Assembly: GCA_951406725.2 (NCBI GenBank)
Contig: OX597822.1
Location: forward strand, 38,998,001-39,062,000
From: Octopus vulgaris
Lineage: Eukaryota
Direction of reading: 5' to 3'
DNA length: 64,000 bases
The notes under the pieces were generated by a model. That model did no database searches and had not been told where the DNA came from. It was given only the letters and a program-made list of their open reading frames with translations. How positions within the stretch are numbered: the first letter of the stretch is position 1; every line of letters starts with the position of its first letter. Of the stretch, positions 41,309 through 54,700 are shown in pieces. The position numbers and the translations under genes are program-made.

Positions 41309-41861
41309 AGTGAGAGAGCAGTTCATGCCATCAAAGTGACACTGGGGTAAAATATACGAAGCCCAATATACCCATCATGACTACCCGTCTGATAAAGGTA
41401 CACCAGGCACATGCATCACAACCATATGTGCGCGACATGGTGATCTCATATCAAGATAAACAGCACATGACCTTGCAGGTGGGGCCCAGTTAGAATTTTC
41501 TTCAGGTTGAGTAGCCCATCCCGCTCAAACGGTCCCTGAATAAGGGTTGTTTAAGGATGTTGAAAGAACCACCCATGTTTCCAGAGGTGAACTATTCAAA
41601 CCCCAAAGAATCCCTTTCAACACATGGCTATGATGCTCCCCCACTACTTCTGCTCGTGATCAGAGATGCACATATCGTCAGCCACTAAGGGACATGCTCA
41701 ACTGGTTAAGGTCAAACAACTGACAAGCAAATCTGTGGTATTGAGCAGAATATTTGCTGTAGCCCATCTTTTATACCAAGACAAAACAATGTACATGATA
41801 ACACTTCCAATCAGTTAAGATCAGAAGCCATGAGAGCCACTGCCTGGTACTGCATCAGGGC

Positions 41862-41865
<4 letters not shown>
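41309..41865. mobile_element. Unclassified ~560-bp insertion bounded on both sides by (ATT)n
   Basis: Complex sequence sharply flanked by (ATT)n tracts. No ORF recognised. Confidence 0.45.
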
Positions 41866-41959
<94 letters not shown>

Positions 41960-42085
41960 TTACTGCCTGGAATCGAACTCGAAATCTTGGGGTTAGTAGC
42001 CCGCGCTCTTAACCACTATGCCATAATAATAACAACATCGAAAAATACCTTAGGAATGAGAGCCCAGGTTCGAAATTTCCCCAAG

Positions 42086-42129
42086 ACACCTGATGAAGGC
42101 TGGAGGGTATATCAGCCAAAATGTTGTGT
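42086..42129 (+). ncRNA. Decayed minimal hammerhead
   Basis: acac CTGATGA a ggctg..cagcc aaaat gtt gtgt. GAAAC appears to have become AAAAT through two CpG-type changes. The upstream sequence is inverted at 41127-41185. Confidence 0.55.
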
Positions 42130-42189
42130 TAACAACAAACAAGATGAGGACAAATATCCGTTAAATGTAAATAATGTAAATAATGTTCG

Positions 42190-44170
42190 TCACATACTTG
42201 TTGAATGCCTTGCTGTCGGTTTCCTTTCTTCAGCATCTTAACCACTCTATAAGCCTCTTTGTGTTGGCGGGTCGTGTCAAAGAATTCAGTTTTTTTTGCA
42301 GATTCGTTAACTAAATAATTGGCATTGATTACGTCTTTATGAGATTCATTCTGTTTGAAGTATTTCGTCTTCAAATTATTGCGATTGTCTATCAGTTTCA
42401 ATATGGCTTCTGAAACTCACGGTGAGTTTCTTACTATTTGGATTGCATTTGCCGATTGTTTCCTCAGCGGCTTTTGTGAGGGTTGATGTTAAACTATTGT
42501 TCATTTCGTCAGTTGTGTTTGGGGAGAGTCATTTTCTTTTTGTGCCTTATAATTTAACACACTTACCGGTGAGAGTCAAGACTATTGAAAAGGTTGCAAG
42601 ACGCAACGAAAATTTTAGGGAAATAAAAATAAGAAATAAGTGGAAAATTTTTACCGTAAGTATGTTCAGTTATAAGACACAAAAAGAAAATGACTCTCCC
42701 CAGACACAACAGAATATGCTTCAGCACATGAACTCACATAAAGAATCTTGCAAACCAAATCCCAAAACGAAATATTTCGTCAGTTCTTATGCCATTATTG
42801 CGATGGGTATTCTCAGTGAGAGCAGCATTTAGTTTGGTTTGGAAATTTGTTCTTTTCTCATTGTCATTTGGCAGTATCATCCAGTTAAATATCGTACACT
42901 TCTTGAGTTCCCGTGTTTGTCTACTAAATTTCAATCGGAAGATGCAAGAAACAATTTTATGGTCAGAATTTTGCTCCACTGTTGAGCAGATGCGACAGTT
43001 AGTGAATGAGCCCATCCACTTTGCCGTCACTGCAATATGGTCCAAGTCCATTTTATGCCTATTGGTATACATCTAGCTCCACTTTCCGTTGTTCGTGTGT
43101 TTGAAATGGGATTGCAAATCCTTCAGGTTTTTGAGTGGACAGCATTTAGCATATCTGCTTCCATTATCGTTTCAGACCTCACGATATTTATATTTTCTGA
43201 CTTCTGTAGCTTCACTACCGTGGCCAATTTGTGCATTCATATCCTCAAGGAGGATCACTAGGTCATGCTTGGGGCAGGTTTTACACGCTTTTGTAAGCTG
43301 GTCATAGAATGAGTCTTTATCTTCATCATCCAGTTTCTGTTGAGGCGTGGCTTGAAAACATTTGCAGTCGTATATTTCCTTATATATTTTCCATTTCTGA
43401 ATAATTCGACCACAATGGTTTTTAACTGATGATATAAACTTATAAAGGCATTTATAGACAAGAATTCCAACTCCACCATTACACCTTGCATCTGCATTAG
43501 GATAACACAACACCCATGTTCAGTCCTGGATCTTAAAATATTCTGGCCCTTTTCATCTATGTTCGTGGATGCCTATAACCAATTCTACTCTAAGCACAAA
43601 GCCCGAAATTTTGGGGGAGGAAAGGCAGTCGATTAGATCTACCCCAGTACACAACTGGTGCTTAATTTATCGAACCCGAAAGGATGAAAGGCAAAGTCGA
43701 CCTCAACGGAATTTGAACTCAGAAAATAAAGACAAACGAAATACCGCTAAGCATTTCGCCCGGCGTGCTAACCTTTCTTCCGGCTCGCCGCCTTCCCTGG
43801 ATATCTATAACGTCAATCGACTGCTTCTCCACTTCGCGTGCCAATTGATCATATTTACTACACATCCGTAGTGTTCGAACATTGTAAGTAGAGAAGATAA
43901 GTATGGGTAGCTTCTTTCTGAATACATCTGCAATAACATGTCCGAAACGGCTTTGGTGTGATAGCTTCATGTTGACGAGTTCATGTCTACTCCGATGCGA
44001 CCACTAATGTTGATCTCATCTTGTTTTCTTTTCGTAATCAGCAAGAATCCAATAGTGAATGATTAGCCCGACTATCTTCACAAGAGCCTTCATAAGCCTA
44101 CTGTGAAGTTGACCCAGCGTTTCCAATATCTGCACCACGTTGAGGTGAGGGTTGGGCTTTACACAAAGGA
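42190..44170 (-). mobile_element. RTE-like LINE 5' part (APE endonuclease), degenerate, with SINE insertion at 43580-43793
   Basis: FSTYNVRTL, GVGILV, LVILLEDMNAQIG, LDHIAV and NSDHKIV motifs in minus-strand ORFs. Confidence 0.85.
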
Positions 44171-45097
44171 ATAAAAAAAATTATCTTAGGCGCAGGTGTG
44201 GCTGTGTGGTAAGTAGCTTTCTTACCAGCCACATGGTTCCGGGCTCAGTCCCACTGCGTGGGACTTTGGGCAAGTGTCTTTTACTATAGCCTCGGGCCGA
44301 CCAAAGCCTTGGAAGTGGATTTGGCTGAAGATAACTCGTGCAGCATCCGAGCTGATATGTATGGTGAAAGGCGTTCCCATTTTGACCACCCTGGGCAACT
44401 ATGACGATATTATCCTGCAATGTGCTCTTCCATTTTATTAGGGTAAGACATCTGGTGGTAAGAATTTTTGTTGCCATTTCATCTTCCTCCTCCTCCTCCT
44501 CCTCCTCCTCCTCCTCCTCTTTATCAATTTCGCTACGACAACGACCACCAGCACCAGCACCACCGCTGCCACTACCACCACCACCACTAGCACCAACACC
44601 ACCGTCGCCACCACCGCCACGGCTGCTGTCGTCATCATCATCATAACCACAATTAATCGTCCTCATAATCTTCACCTCATCATCCATCCTTCACCTAATT
44701 CCCTCCTTCTCTCAATCATTATCATTATCGTCATCCATCCTCGTCGTTGTCGTCATCATCATCGTCATCGTCATCATCATCGTGATCATCATCATCATCG
44801 TGATCATCATCATCATCATCATCATCGCCATCATCGTCATCACCGTCATCATCATCCTCATCATCCTCAACGTCATGATCATCAACGTCATCCTCATGGT
44901 CATAATCATCATCAAGATGGTTATCATCATCATCATCGGCATCATCATCGTCGTCATCATTATCATCATCATCATCGTCGTCATGATCATCGTCGTCATC
45001 ATCATCGTCATCGTCATCGTCATCGTTATCGTCATAATAGTTATCAACAACAAGAACAACAATAACAACATTATCTTCATCATAATCCTTCACACAG

Positions 45098-45306
45098 GTT
45101 TACTGAATTCTGGATGGGTATGCTGACAACGCAAGATGTCGGTGGTTGGACTTGGATAACAAAAGACGTCTCAAATTGGACAAACTGGATTTCTGGCCAG
45201 ATTACAAGTTCTAAAAACGAAAAATGTGCCACATCTAAAGTCGTTTCTGGTCTGTCATGGAGTGATCAAAGTTGTTCGAGAACCTATGAAGTTGCATGCG
45301 AATCAA
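45098..45306 (+). CDS. Exon 3: C-type lectin domain, C-terminal half
   Basis: Acceptor cttcacacag|. Encodes FTEFWMGMLTTQDVGGWTWITKDVSNWTNWISGQITSSKNEKCATSKVVSGLSWSDQSCSRTYEVACES. Donor a|gtatgt. Phase 2 to 1. Confidence 0.9.
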
Positions 45307-45766
45307 GTATGTTCGTTTCATCAATCTGTCTCTCTCTTCCTTTCTCACTCTCTCCCACTCACGAATCCTCCACTCCCATACATATATACATACATACATA
45401 CATACATACATACATACATACATACATACATTCATACATACATACATACATGCATGCATACCTACACGCATGCATGCATACATATATACATGCATGCATA
45501 CATACGTGCATACATGCACACATACATGGATATATACATACATGCACACATACATGGATATATACATACATGCATGTATACATACACGCATACGTACATT
45601 CTTTCATACATACACATATACATATATTCACACATACATACCCATATACATATATTCACACATACATACATACATGCATACATACATGTATACATACATG
45701 CATAGATACATACACACATACGCAAATACATACATACTCATACATACACACGTACATACATATATA

Positions 45767-46985
45767 CGAGGGGTGTTCATTAAAAATTTCCCCTGACACA
45801 CTTCCGGTTATTGCCGGAAACCGAACTTGTACAAGTATAATCATACGTGTCACACTGTAAATTGTAACTCTCCACTTATATTCGTTTGTCTTTTACGGCT
45901 GCTGAAGTGGACTAGGGTGTTGTAATGAAGACAGTTAAATGCAGATCAGTGATCAGGTTCTTATACTTGAAAGGTCGTACATCAAAAGAGACATGGTCAA
46001 ACACTGGCATCACTTGTTTAAATGTGGTCGGACATCGGTGGAAGCTGCTCCTATTCATGCACGGTCACATTCCGCCATTGATAACGACACCATCCATGCA
46101 ACTGGCCCAAGAAGCTGCAATTGGCCCAAGAAGTGAAGATAAGTGTAGAGTTCGTGGAAAAAATCATTCACGCCCATTTGCATATGCGGAAGTTGTCTGC
46201 ACGATGGATTCCCCAGATGCTCTTACCTTTTTAGAAACAGGAACGAGTCAGTTACTCCCAGGCTCTTTTGGCAATGTGCCAAAAAAAAAAATGAGGAGGA
46301 TTTTTTCGGCAGACTTATCGCACAGGATGAAACATGGGTCCATCACTCTGATCCTGAGACTAAAGTCTAGTCAAAGTAATGGAAGCCTGATAACTCACTA
46401 CCTCAAAAGAAGGCTTGTGTCCAACCCTCATCAGGCTAGATCATGCTCACAATCTTTTGGGACCAGCGCGGAATAGTGATGATGGAATTTTTGGCAAAGG
46501 GCACCACAATCAACGGGGCATATTATGCTTCTCTGTTGCAGAAACTGTGGGACGCCATCAAAGCAGAGAGGCATGGCATGCTGACCAAAGAAGTCTGCTG
46601 CCTCCAAGACAAAACCTCAGTTCACAATACGCAACAATACGCATGTTGCCCCAATGAAAACACACTTCTGCGGCTATGAAATTCTTCCTCATACCCCTTA
46701 CTTTCCCGACCTCGCACCATCTGACTTCCACCTCTTTCCAACCATGAAGTCTTTTTTGAAGGGGAAGCATTTTTCGGATGATGATGAAATTATTTTCGAA
46801 GTCTTGGCTCCAGACGCAACCGACCGACTTTTACAGACAAGGTCTTCACAGCTGCATAAAGCGATGAGAGAAGTGTGTCGCCATTGGTGGTGGCTCTGTA
46901 GAGAAGGACTAATAATTATGTCAAGTTTCGTTTATCCTAGTCCTTGGAAAGTGGCTCAGGGGAAATATTTAATGAACACCCCTTA
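45767..46985 (+). mobile_element. mariner transposon (degenerate, near full length)
   Basis: TIRs cgaggggtgttcattaaa..tttcccctga / tcaggggaaatatttaatgaacacccc, TA flanks. DETWVH, MLTIFWD and HTPYFPDLAPSDFHLF motifs. Confidence 0.92.
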
Positions 46986-47059
46986 TATAAACATACATAC
47001 ATACATGCACACACTCTTACATACACACACATACAAACATACATACATACAAATATATA

Positions 47060-48165
47060 TAAGATCATCCCATAAGTTCTGTCCGAATTTTGAATAAAGA
47101 AAACAAGTGATCAAATGTTATATTTAATTGAAATTTAATCATCAATGTACTTTCCCTGAATATCTATGACTTCCTTCCATCTATTTACAAGCTTTTTAAT
47201 CCCATTATACAACATGGTAGAGTTACATCATCACTTTTCGAAATGCAGTTCATGGTGTCTGATTTTATTGTGAGTTTTCTCTTGTCAATCAATTTTTGTG
47301 AACCCATGGATAGATCAAAATTTCGTGTTGTTTACGAATGCATCTCAGACAGTTCGAAACATCAATGAGGTGTTTGCTGAAGATGTAGCGAATGAGTGCA
47401 CTGTACGTCGATGGTTTGGGAAGTTCCGGTCTGGTGACTTCACTCATGAAAATCAGCCCCGTGGTAGACCCGATATCAAAGTGGATAATGATGAGCTGGA
47501 AACTGTAGTGGAAGCGGATACGTCTCAAACTACGCGTGAGTTAGCAGCAAGGTTCGATGTTTCGATTCCAACCGTATTGGACCACCTGAAACAAATTGGC
47601 AAGGTAAAGAAGCCGGAAAAGTGGGTACCACACGAACTGAACGAGTATCAAATGACACGTCGTCTTGAAACTTACTGTTCTTTGCTGTCACAGCATAAAA
47701 TCGAACCATTTTTGCATCGCATTGTTAAGTGGGGTGAAAAATGGATTTTTTTCAACAATAGCAAACGTTCTGGTATCTGTTTGGTGGTCCAGCACTGGCG
47801 TCATCTACTACAGCTTCATAAAACCTGGTATGTCAGTTACAGCGGATATATACATCAACCAATTGGATGAAATGATGAGTGAACTTGCAATTAAACAACC
47901 GAGATTGGTAAATACAGATAGGCCAATTCTCTTACAAGACAATACTCAACCACATGTTGCATAAAGAACGCTACTCAAGATACAAGAACTTAACTTGGAA
48001 GTACTCGGTTATCCACCATATTCACCAGACCTTGCACCAACTGACTATCATGTTTTCCAGGCATTAGACAACTTTTCGCAAGCAAAAAACTTCAAATCTT
48101 TCGTGATTTCATCACTTCTTGCTCTCCAGAATTCATCGCTGTCGGCGTAAATAAGCTACCGATCA
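47060..48165 (+). mobile_element. mariner transposon (second family, 3'-truncated)
   Basis: ORFs 47298-47870 and 47665-47964 with WVPHEL and ILLQDNTQPH. YSPDLAPTDYH near 48020. Confidence 0.9.
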
Positions 48166-48531
48166 GAATAATTTTTCCTTCGTCTTGACTTAACAGCCCT
48201 CATCGTTTGTTTTTACTGTGTTATTCTCTTTGTTCTGTCTTTTAATGTTTGTACTTTTATTGTTTTTACTGTCTTGTTTTGTTCTTACTGTCCAGTTCTT
48301 GTTACCACTTTTACCCCACCACAAAAAATCCCAAATTTTATTTAATTTGCTTTGCGGGAAGGACTGTTTCAACGAAGTCGCGTCTTGTCTTTACCTTCGG
48401 CACGCGGAGTAGACGCGGAGTAGACGAAACAGGGACAACTGAAGAAGGGGAATATTCCTTGTGTTGTATGTCTTGTACTCTGTTTTTTCGTTGTTTGAAA
48501 AAAGTTCGTTTCCATGTTTTTGTTTTTATGA

Positions 48532-49545
48532 TTGGCTGACCGGTTCGCAGAACGAGACATCCGACTCGGCAATGACACCCCGGTCTCGTGCCATTTCTGC
48601 TCAACCGGCCACTCTTTGCAACAACTGTCTGTGTTCGGATTCTCCTTGCACAGGGGTCATCCGGACTCCCGTTTGCGCCGTGAACAGGGATTGATCTTCT
48701 CTCTTCGCACATTTGCGTCACATGGGCTCAACTCTCCTCCCCTCTTCATCTAACCCTCCTCCCATCTCCTCTCTCCCTCTCACACCTACTTCCTCCCACC
48801 ACCTCTCCTCTCTTGCTCTGACTCCTACTTCTCTTCACTCCTACTCTCCTTCTCTCTTCTCTTCACTCCTACCCAACTTCTCCCTTCCCCCTCTTCTTTC
48901 ATCGTCACCCCTCCCTCGTAACTCCACCCCTACACAATCCAATCCCATCTTCCCTATCCATTCCACCCACCCCACCGCATCCCTTACACTCTTTCCCACA
49001 TACCCCACTTCTACCTCACCCTCAGCCTAACCCACACCCACCCTTGCTTTCCCTACTTTCGCCCTCCCCATATCCTAACACCACCACCACCACACCACAC
49101 ACCACCACACCAAACACTACCATACCACACAACACCACATCACACCACCACGCACACACTAGCACTGACCACTTCCCAGCCCCCACACTGTCTTCCACTC
49201 ACCTCCACGTACATACACGCACGCGTCAAGGTCACCAACCCTCTTCCACACGCATATACATGCTCTCTTACACACACGCACGCACACCTTCGTTTTGGGA
49301 TCACCACTACTTTATTATCTCCCCTCCTTCCTAGCTCTCCTGTGTGACCCCTCTGTCCGGCATTCGCCATGATAGATCGCTAGCCACTACACATTCTTTA
49401 TTTTCTCTCCTTGTTTCCTTCTGTCGAAGAGCATAGGCTCGAAACGTTCAAAACTTTTTCACTTCCCGAGCGTTAAAATAATACATCTGTTTGTTTGTTG
49501 TCTACACCACCTGTCTTCATCTTGTGTTTTTTGTGTGAATTCCTC
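48532..49545 (+). mobile_element. Penelope-like element 3' end: GIY-YIG C-terminus, pyrimidine-rich UTR, minimal hammerhead
   Basis: ADRFAE..TPVSCHF..GHS..LSVFG..RLRREQGLIFSLRTFASHGLN (PLE endonuclease end). Motif ctgtcgaa gagc atag gctc gaaac gtt at 49421-49448. (TA)n follows. Confidence 0.8.
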
Positions 49546-49546
49546 C

Positions 49547-49580
<34 letters not shown>

Positions 49581-49670
49581 TATATATGTACATATACATA
49601 CACACACATATATATATATGCATGCATATATATACATATATATATGTATATATATATACATATATATATG

Positions 49671-49756
<86 letters not shown>

Positions 49757-49982
49757 AACATGTATAGTGAGAATTTACAAAAAACAAGCGAAGACAGGTG
49801 TGTAAACAACAAACAGATGTATTAGTTTAACGCTTGGGAAGTAAGAAAGTCTTTTACGCTTCGAGTCTACGCTCTTTTGACGGAAAGGAACACAGAAATA
49901 AACAAGGAGAGAAAATAAAAAAAGGCTTAGTGGCTAGCAATCTATCATATACATATACATATACACACACACACACACATAT

Positions 49983-50017
<35 letters not shown>

Positions 50018-50116
50018 CTTATATATTTCATATATGTATATACGTGTGTATATATATATATACGTGTATATATATATACTTATATATTTCATATATGTAT
50101 ATACGTGTTTATATAT

Positions 50117-50261
<145 letters not shown>

Positions 50262-50721
50262 GTTATTTCTCTTGTCCGCCTTGTATCGTCTATCTGTCCG
50301 AATGTTTTATTGTACTTTATTGCGTTTTTGTTCCATCTTTATATATATATATATATAGCAGCGTACGTACACACTTGTGCTCACCTTATAGTAGGTATGT
50401 ATCTAAATTTTGTACGAAAAAATAATTTCATTTCTCTTCACAAACTCATTATTCAAACTATAAAGAAAACACATGCGTTTTTAAACATTATACGTTGCCA
50501 TATAAACAAAGTTAGCTCAACCAGTAAAATATTTACAGGTATTAATTGATATGAGTGAAGTTGTTAAGAGGTGTTCTGGTATGATCTTAATGTGGTCATC
50601 AGATCTACATCAGATATACAGCTCCGTTTGCTTGTTGTTCATTGTGACATTTTTAAACGTATAATTTTAACTATATATTTTGATATAAACAATATTAACC
50701 GACAACATCTCTATTGTTTAG

Positions 50722-50832
50722 GATCTGATGTTGTATGTGACTGTGAAACAAAAACTGTACAAACCACAATTTACAATGCAAATAAACATGGTATTGTGGT
50801 AGGGAAACGCCGGTGTTGTTGTCAAAAGTCAG
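50722..50832 (+). CDS. Candidate exon 4 (Cys-rich linker)
   Basis: Acceptor ctattgtttag|, open phase 1-1 frame (R)SDVVCDCETKTVQTTIYNANKHGIVVGKRRCCCQKS, donor cag|gttggt. No domain recognised. Confidence 0.4.
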
Positions 50833-51770
50833 GTTGGTATCTATGGTTATAGTTATTTGTGACGGTTGTGTGGGTGTTGCGGCGAGCTGGCAGAAACGTT
50901 AGCACGCCGGGCGAAATGCTTAGCGGTATTTCGTCTGCGTTACGTTGTGAGTTCAAATTCCGCCGAGGTCGACTTTGCCTTTCATCCTTTCGGGGTCGAT
51001 AAATTAAGTACCAGTTACGCACTGGGGTCGATGTAATCGACTTAATACCTATGTCTGTCCTTGTTTGTCCCCTCTGTGTTTAGCCCCTTGTGGGCAATAA
51101 AGAAATAGGTAATGCTTGATATGGTTGCGTGATGATGTTTAATGTAATTATGTGATGCTGTTCGATGTAGCTGTGTGATGAAGTTTCGTATGGTTGAGTG
51201 ATGATGTTCGTTGTGCCTCTGTGAGTTAACCGAGTGGTGGTATTGATGCGATTCTCTGGTGATGTTTGATATAAGTGAATATGATTGCGCGAAGATATGA
51301 TTGTTAAAGTCGTATGATGAAACCGCATACGGTTGTGTGGTGATGTTTATAGCAATTGTGAGATGTTATTTGAGGTAGTTGAGTGATGATGCCTGGTGTG
51401 GTTGTGTGATGATGTCTGATGTAGTTGTGTTATGATGTTTGATATTGTTCTGGGAAGTAGTTGCGTGGTGATATTGATACGATTGTCCGGTGATGTTTGA
51501 TATATCTGTATGATATAATTGTATGAAGGTGGCTGATACTGTCGCATGATGAAATCGTACGCGGTTGTGAGGTGATGTTTACTGAAATTGAGTGATGCTG
51601 TTTGATGTTGTTGTGTGACGACGTTTGTTGTGGTTCTGTGAGGGTGTTGTGTGGCGAGGTTGAGGCTATTGTCTGGTGATATGTGATATACTTGTGTGGA
51701 AATGTATGATACAACTGCGTGATAATGACTGATATGGAAGAACAATGGTTAAGCGGTTCTGTGATGATAT

Positions 51771-54700
51771 TGTTATGAGTTTAGCTAGTGCAGTCTTGGT
51801 GACCCACATTGGAATTATGGTTCCGGCATGTCTGGGCGAAATGTGACAGTCTTTTGTCTAATGGAGGACTAATGGGTTTTGGAATGACCTGTGACCTCGT
51901 GTGGTTGATAAGAGGGTCAGTGAGAAGTGAAAGAAAAGGGACAGATTAAGGGCTGAGAGCAAATAGAGATAGAGTATAAGCAGTAAGGGACAGATAGAGA
52001 GGCTAAGGGATTGAGGCGATATAGATAGAGTAAGGAATCAGAGAGCAGTTAGAAAGGGTAGGAGCGATATAGACAGAGGGAGATGAGGGGGTGGAAGAAG
52101 GACAGAGACGAAGTGAGATCTGGGCAGTTGGTAGTTGGTCATCGAAGAACACAGACGGATCTTGCGGTCGTGGAAGAACACAGACGGATCTTGGACAGAT
52201 CAGCAGGGATCTTGGGATTTGAGGAGCAAGCGATTGGAATATGCAGAAGGGATATGTACAGAAGGATTTGGCAGTATTCAGAGGAATTGGCAGGATTGAG
52301 AGGAATGGGACACTGGCAGATTCAATTAGGAATTGAGGTATGTGTTGTGCATTGATATGTGTCACGGTGTATTGAACAGTGAAGAGAACAGTCAAGGACT
52401 CTGTCGATAAGTCGATTATCGAGTTGTGGTATTTATGTTCAGAATTGAGTAAAGGACTTGTTGATGTGACTTTATCTGTGATGTTCAGAAAGAGACTTTA
52501 AAGAACTGTTGTCTTCGGACGTGTACTCTTGAAATGATGTTGTATTATGCGTTGATCTGTTGCATGATGTATTGAGTAGTCACGTGCATGTCTTCCTTTA
52601 AATGTCTGCCTTAAATGTATTTGATGTGTAGCAATTGATTGTCATATAAACTAGTAGTTGTTGAATATAAGCCAGTGTCTCTGTTGCCTAGCCTCTTTGG
52701 GTTGTATATCTCGGGTTGTGCCTCTGTATCTCTGTGCTGTTGAGGTTGTGGCAGTATCTATCTGTATCTCCTCTCTCCGCCTCTTTGGGTTCCGTGGCGG
52801 AACTTGTGTGAGCCGTTCGGGACGGGCGACGACGGGTGATTCCGTAACAACTGGTGTCAGAAGTGGGATTGTCCTGATTGCTGCGTTTCGATCGGTTCTT
52901 TTTCGCTATGGATTTGTCTGGCTGTCAGACCGGAGACGAGGGGATTTCGCTTGCCCTGATTGTGGAGATGTTAAGGGGCCAGATGGCGCAGACGGATGCG
53001 TTCATGGAAAGGATGGACAAGAGGCGACGGGGCCTGTGGGCAGATCAGCGGGAGCTTGAGGTTGCGGATGGGTCAGCTTTGGAGGATCGGTGTTGGACCG
53101 GGGATAGCGACGGTCCTGTGGACAGAGATTGCTCGTCGAACGAAGCATCGGCGGAACCTGGGTTGGTTGCCGAAATTTGTGACGCTGTACCCAAGAAATC
53201 TTGTGATTTGGAACCCGTAGAGGTTGAATTAACCAAAAGGCTTGTTGAAGTTGTTATGGCTGATGCTGTTGTTCCGTGTCTGGGGCCCTTGGCATTTCGA
53301 CCCCTGTCTCTCGGAGCTCGGGACGAAGAGCTGGCGAGGTCTGGGGTGGATGTCGCTGAATCCGAGGTTCCGGCTCTGTGTGTGATGGTCGCGGCAGGTG
53401 TTGTGCCGTGTGAGGGTCCTTTGGTGTCTGGACTCCTGTCTCTTGGGGCCCAGAGGGACTGTATGGTTCCCACTGTGGAGAGGCCACAGGCGTGGATGGA
53501 CTGGCGGCCGAGCGTGTGTGTTGTGAGGCCTGCGGTACGGAAGCTGGTGAAGAAAAGGACCAGGCCCGTTGACGAGGCGAGACGGCTGCGAACGGTGGTG
53601 GGTCCACCGAGACCAGGAAGACTGCTTCAGCGTTGGGTGAGCTTTGTGGTTGATGGTTGCTTGGGGCCGGTGGAGCCCGACAGGCAGTGCCTAGTGAAAG
53701 CTCGATTGAGGGTCGGGTGGACCCTAGTGGAAGCAGAAGCTGGTGGAGCGCTGGGTGGGTCGGCCGATCTTTTGGAAGTGGCACAGGCGATTTGCAGAAG
53801 GCAAATCGAGGAATCGTGCCAGGTGGCGGGCCAGTGTTGGGGCCAGTTCTGCCGATACGGCAACGCAGTTGAAGGAGGTGGTGGCCCACGGATGCAGTTG
53901 AGGAAGCGGTCCGTAAGGAGTCGCTGGTGCTTTGTTGGCACTTGGGGGAGCTCTGTATTTGATGGTTGCGTGGGGCCGGTGGAGCCCGACATGCAGTGCG
54001 GAGTAAGAGCTCAATTGAGGGTCGGCTGGACCCTGGTGGAGGCAGAGGCTGACAGAGCGCTGGTTGGGTCGGCCGAGTTATTGAAGGCTGCGCAAGCAAT
54101 TTGCAGAGGGCAAATCGTGGAACTGCGCCGGACGGTAAACCAGCGGCGGGGTCAGTTCTGCCGGTGCAGTGATGAAGTTAAGGGAGATCGTGGTCCGCTG
54201 ATGCAGTTGCGGAAGAAGCAACCGTTGGTGAAAAGTGCAGGACGTTGGTCGCGAGGGTTGTTGGATGCTGGTCGCACGGACCTGGCAGAACGTTTCATCG
54301 ACCAAGGCGGTCGTCGCTTGAGGAAGCAGCGAGGCCGGAGGAAGGTCCCAGTACAGCAGCGCAAGAGGAGATATCGGCGACGGGGAACAGTGGAAAAGCG
54401 GAATGGTCCCTGGTCGTCGGCGATAGTTGCGCGGAATGGGGATGGTACAGCAAGGTGCTACGTGGGCTATAGAGCCCTGAGGAAGGTGCCACTGTGAAGG
54501 ATTGGCCGGACCCTTCCTGTGTGAGGGATTTGAGGAACTTCCTCGGACGGTGCGCCTATTGTAGGCGGCTAGTAGGAAGCCTGGCGGCGTTGGCGGTGGT
54601 ATTGCCCAAGCCGCAGAGGGAAGGTGCCAACCTGTGGCTGGTGCTGAAGTGGTGGCCGTGGGAGGTGAGACCCCCGGAGGAGAAACCACACAAGGGGACC

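Noticed and set aside
44480-45093. Poly-Asp/Met/Ile ORFs
   Set aside because: Degenerate (CAT)n intronic repeat immediately upstream of exon 3.
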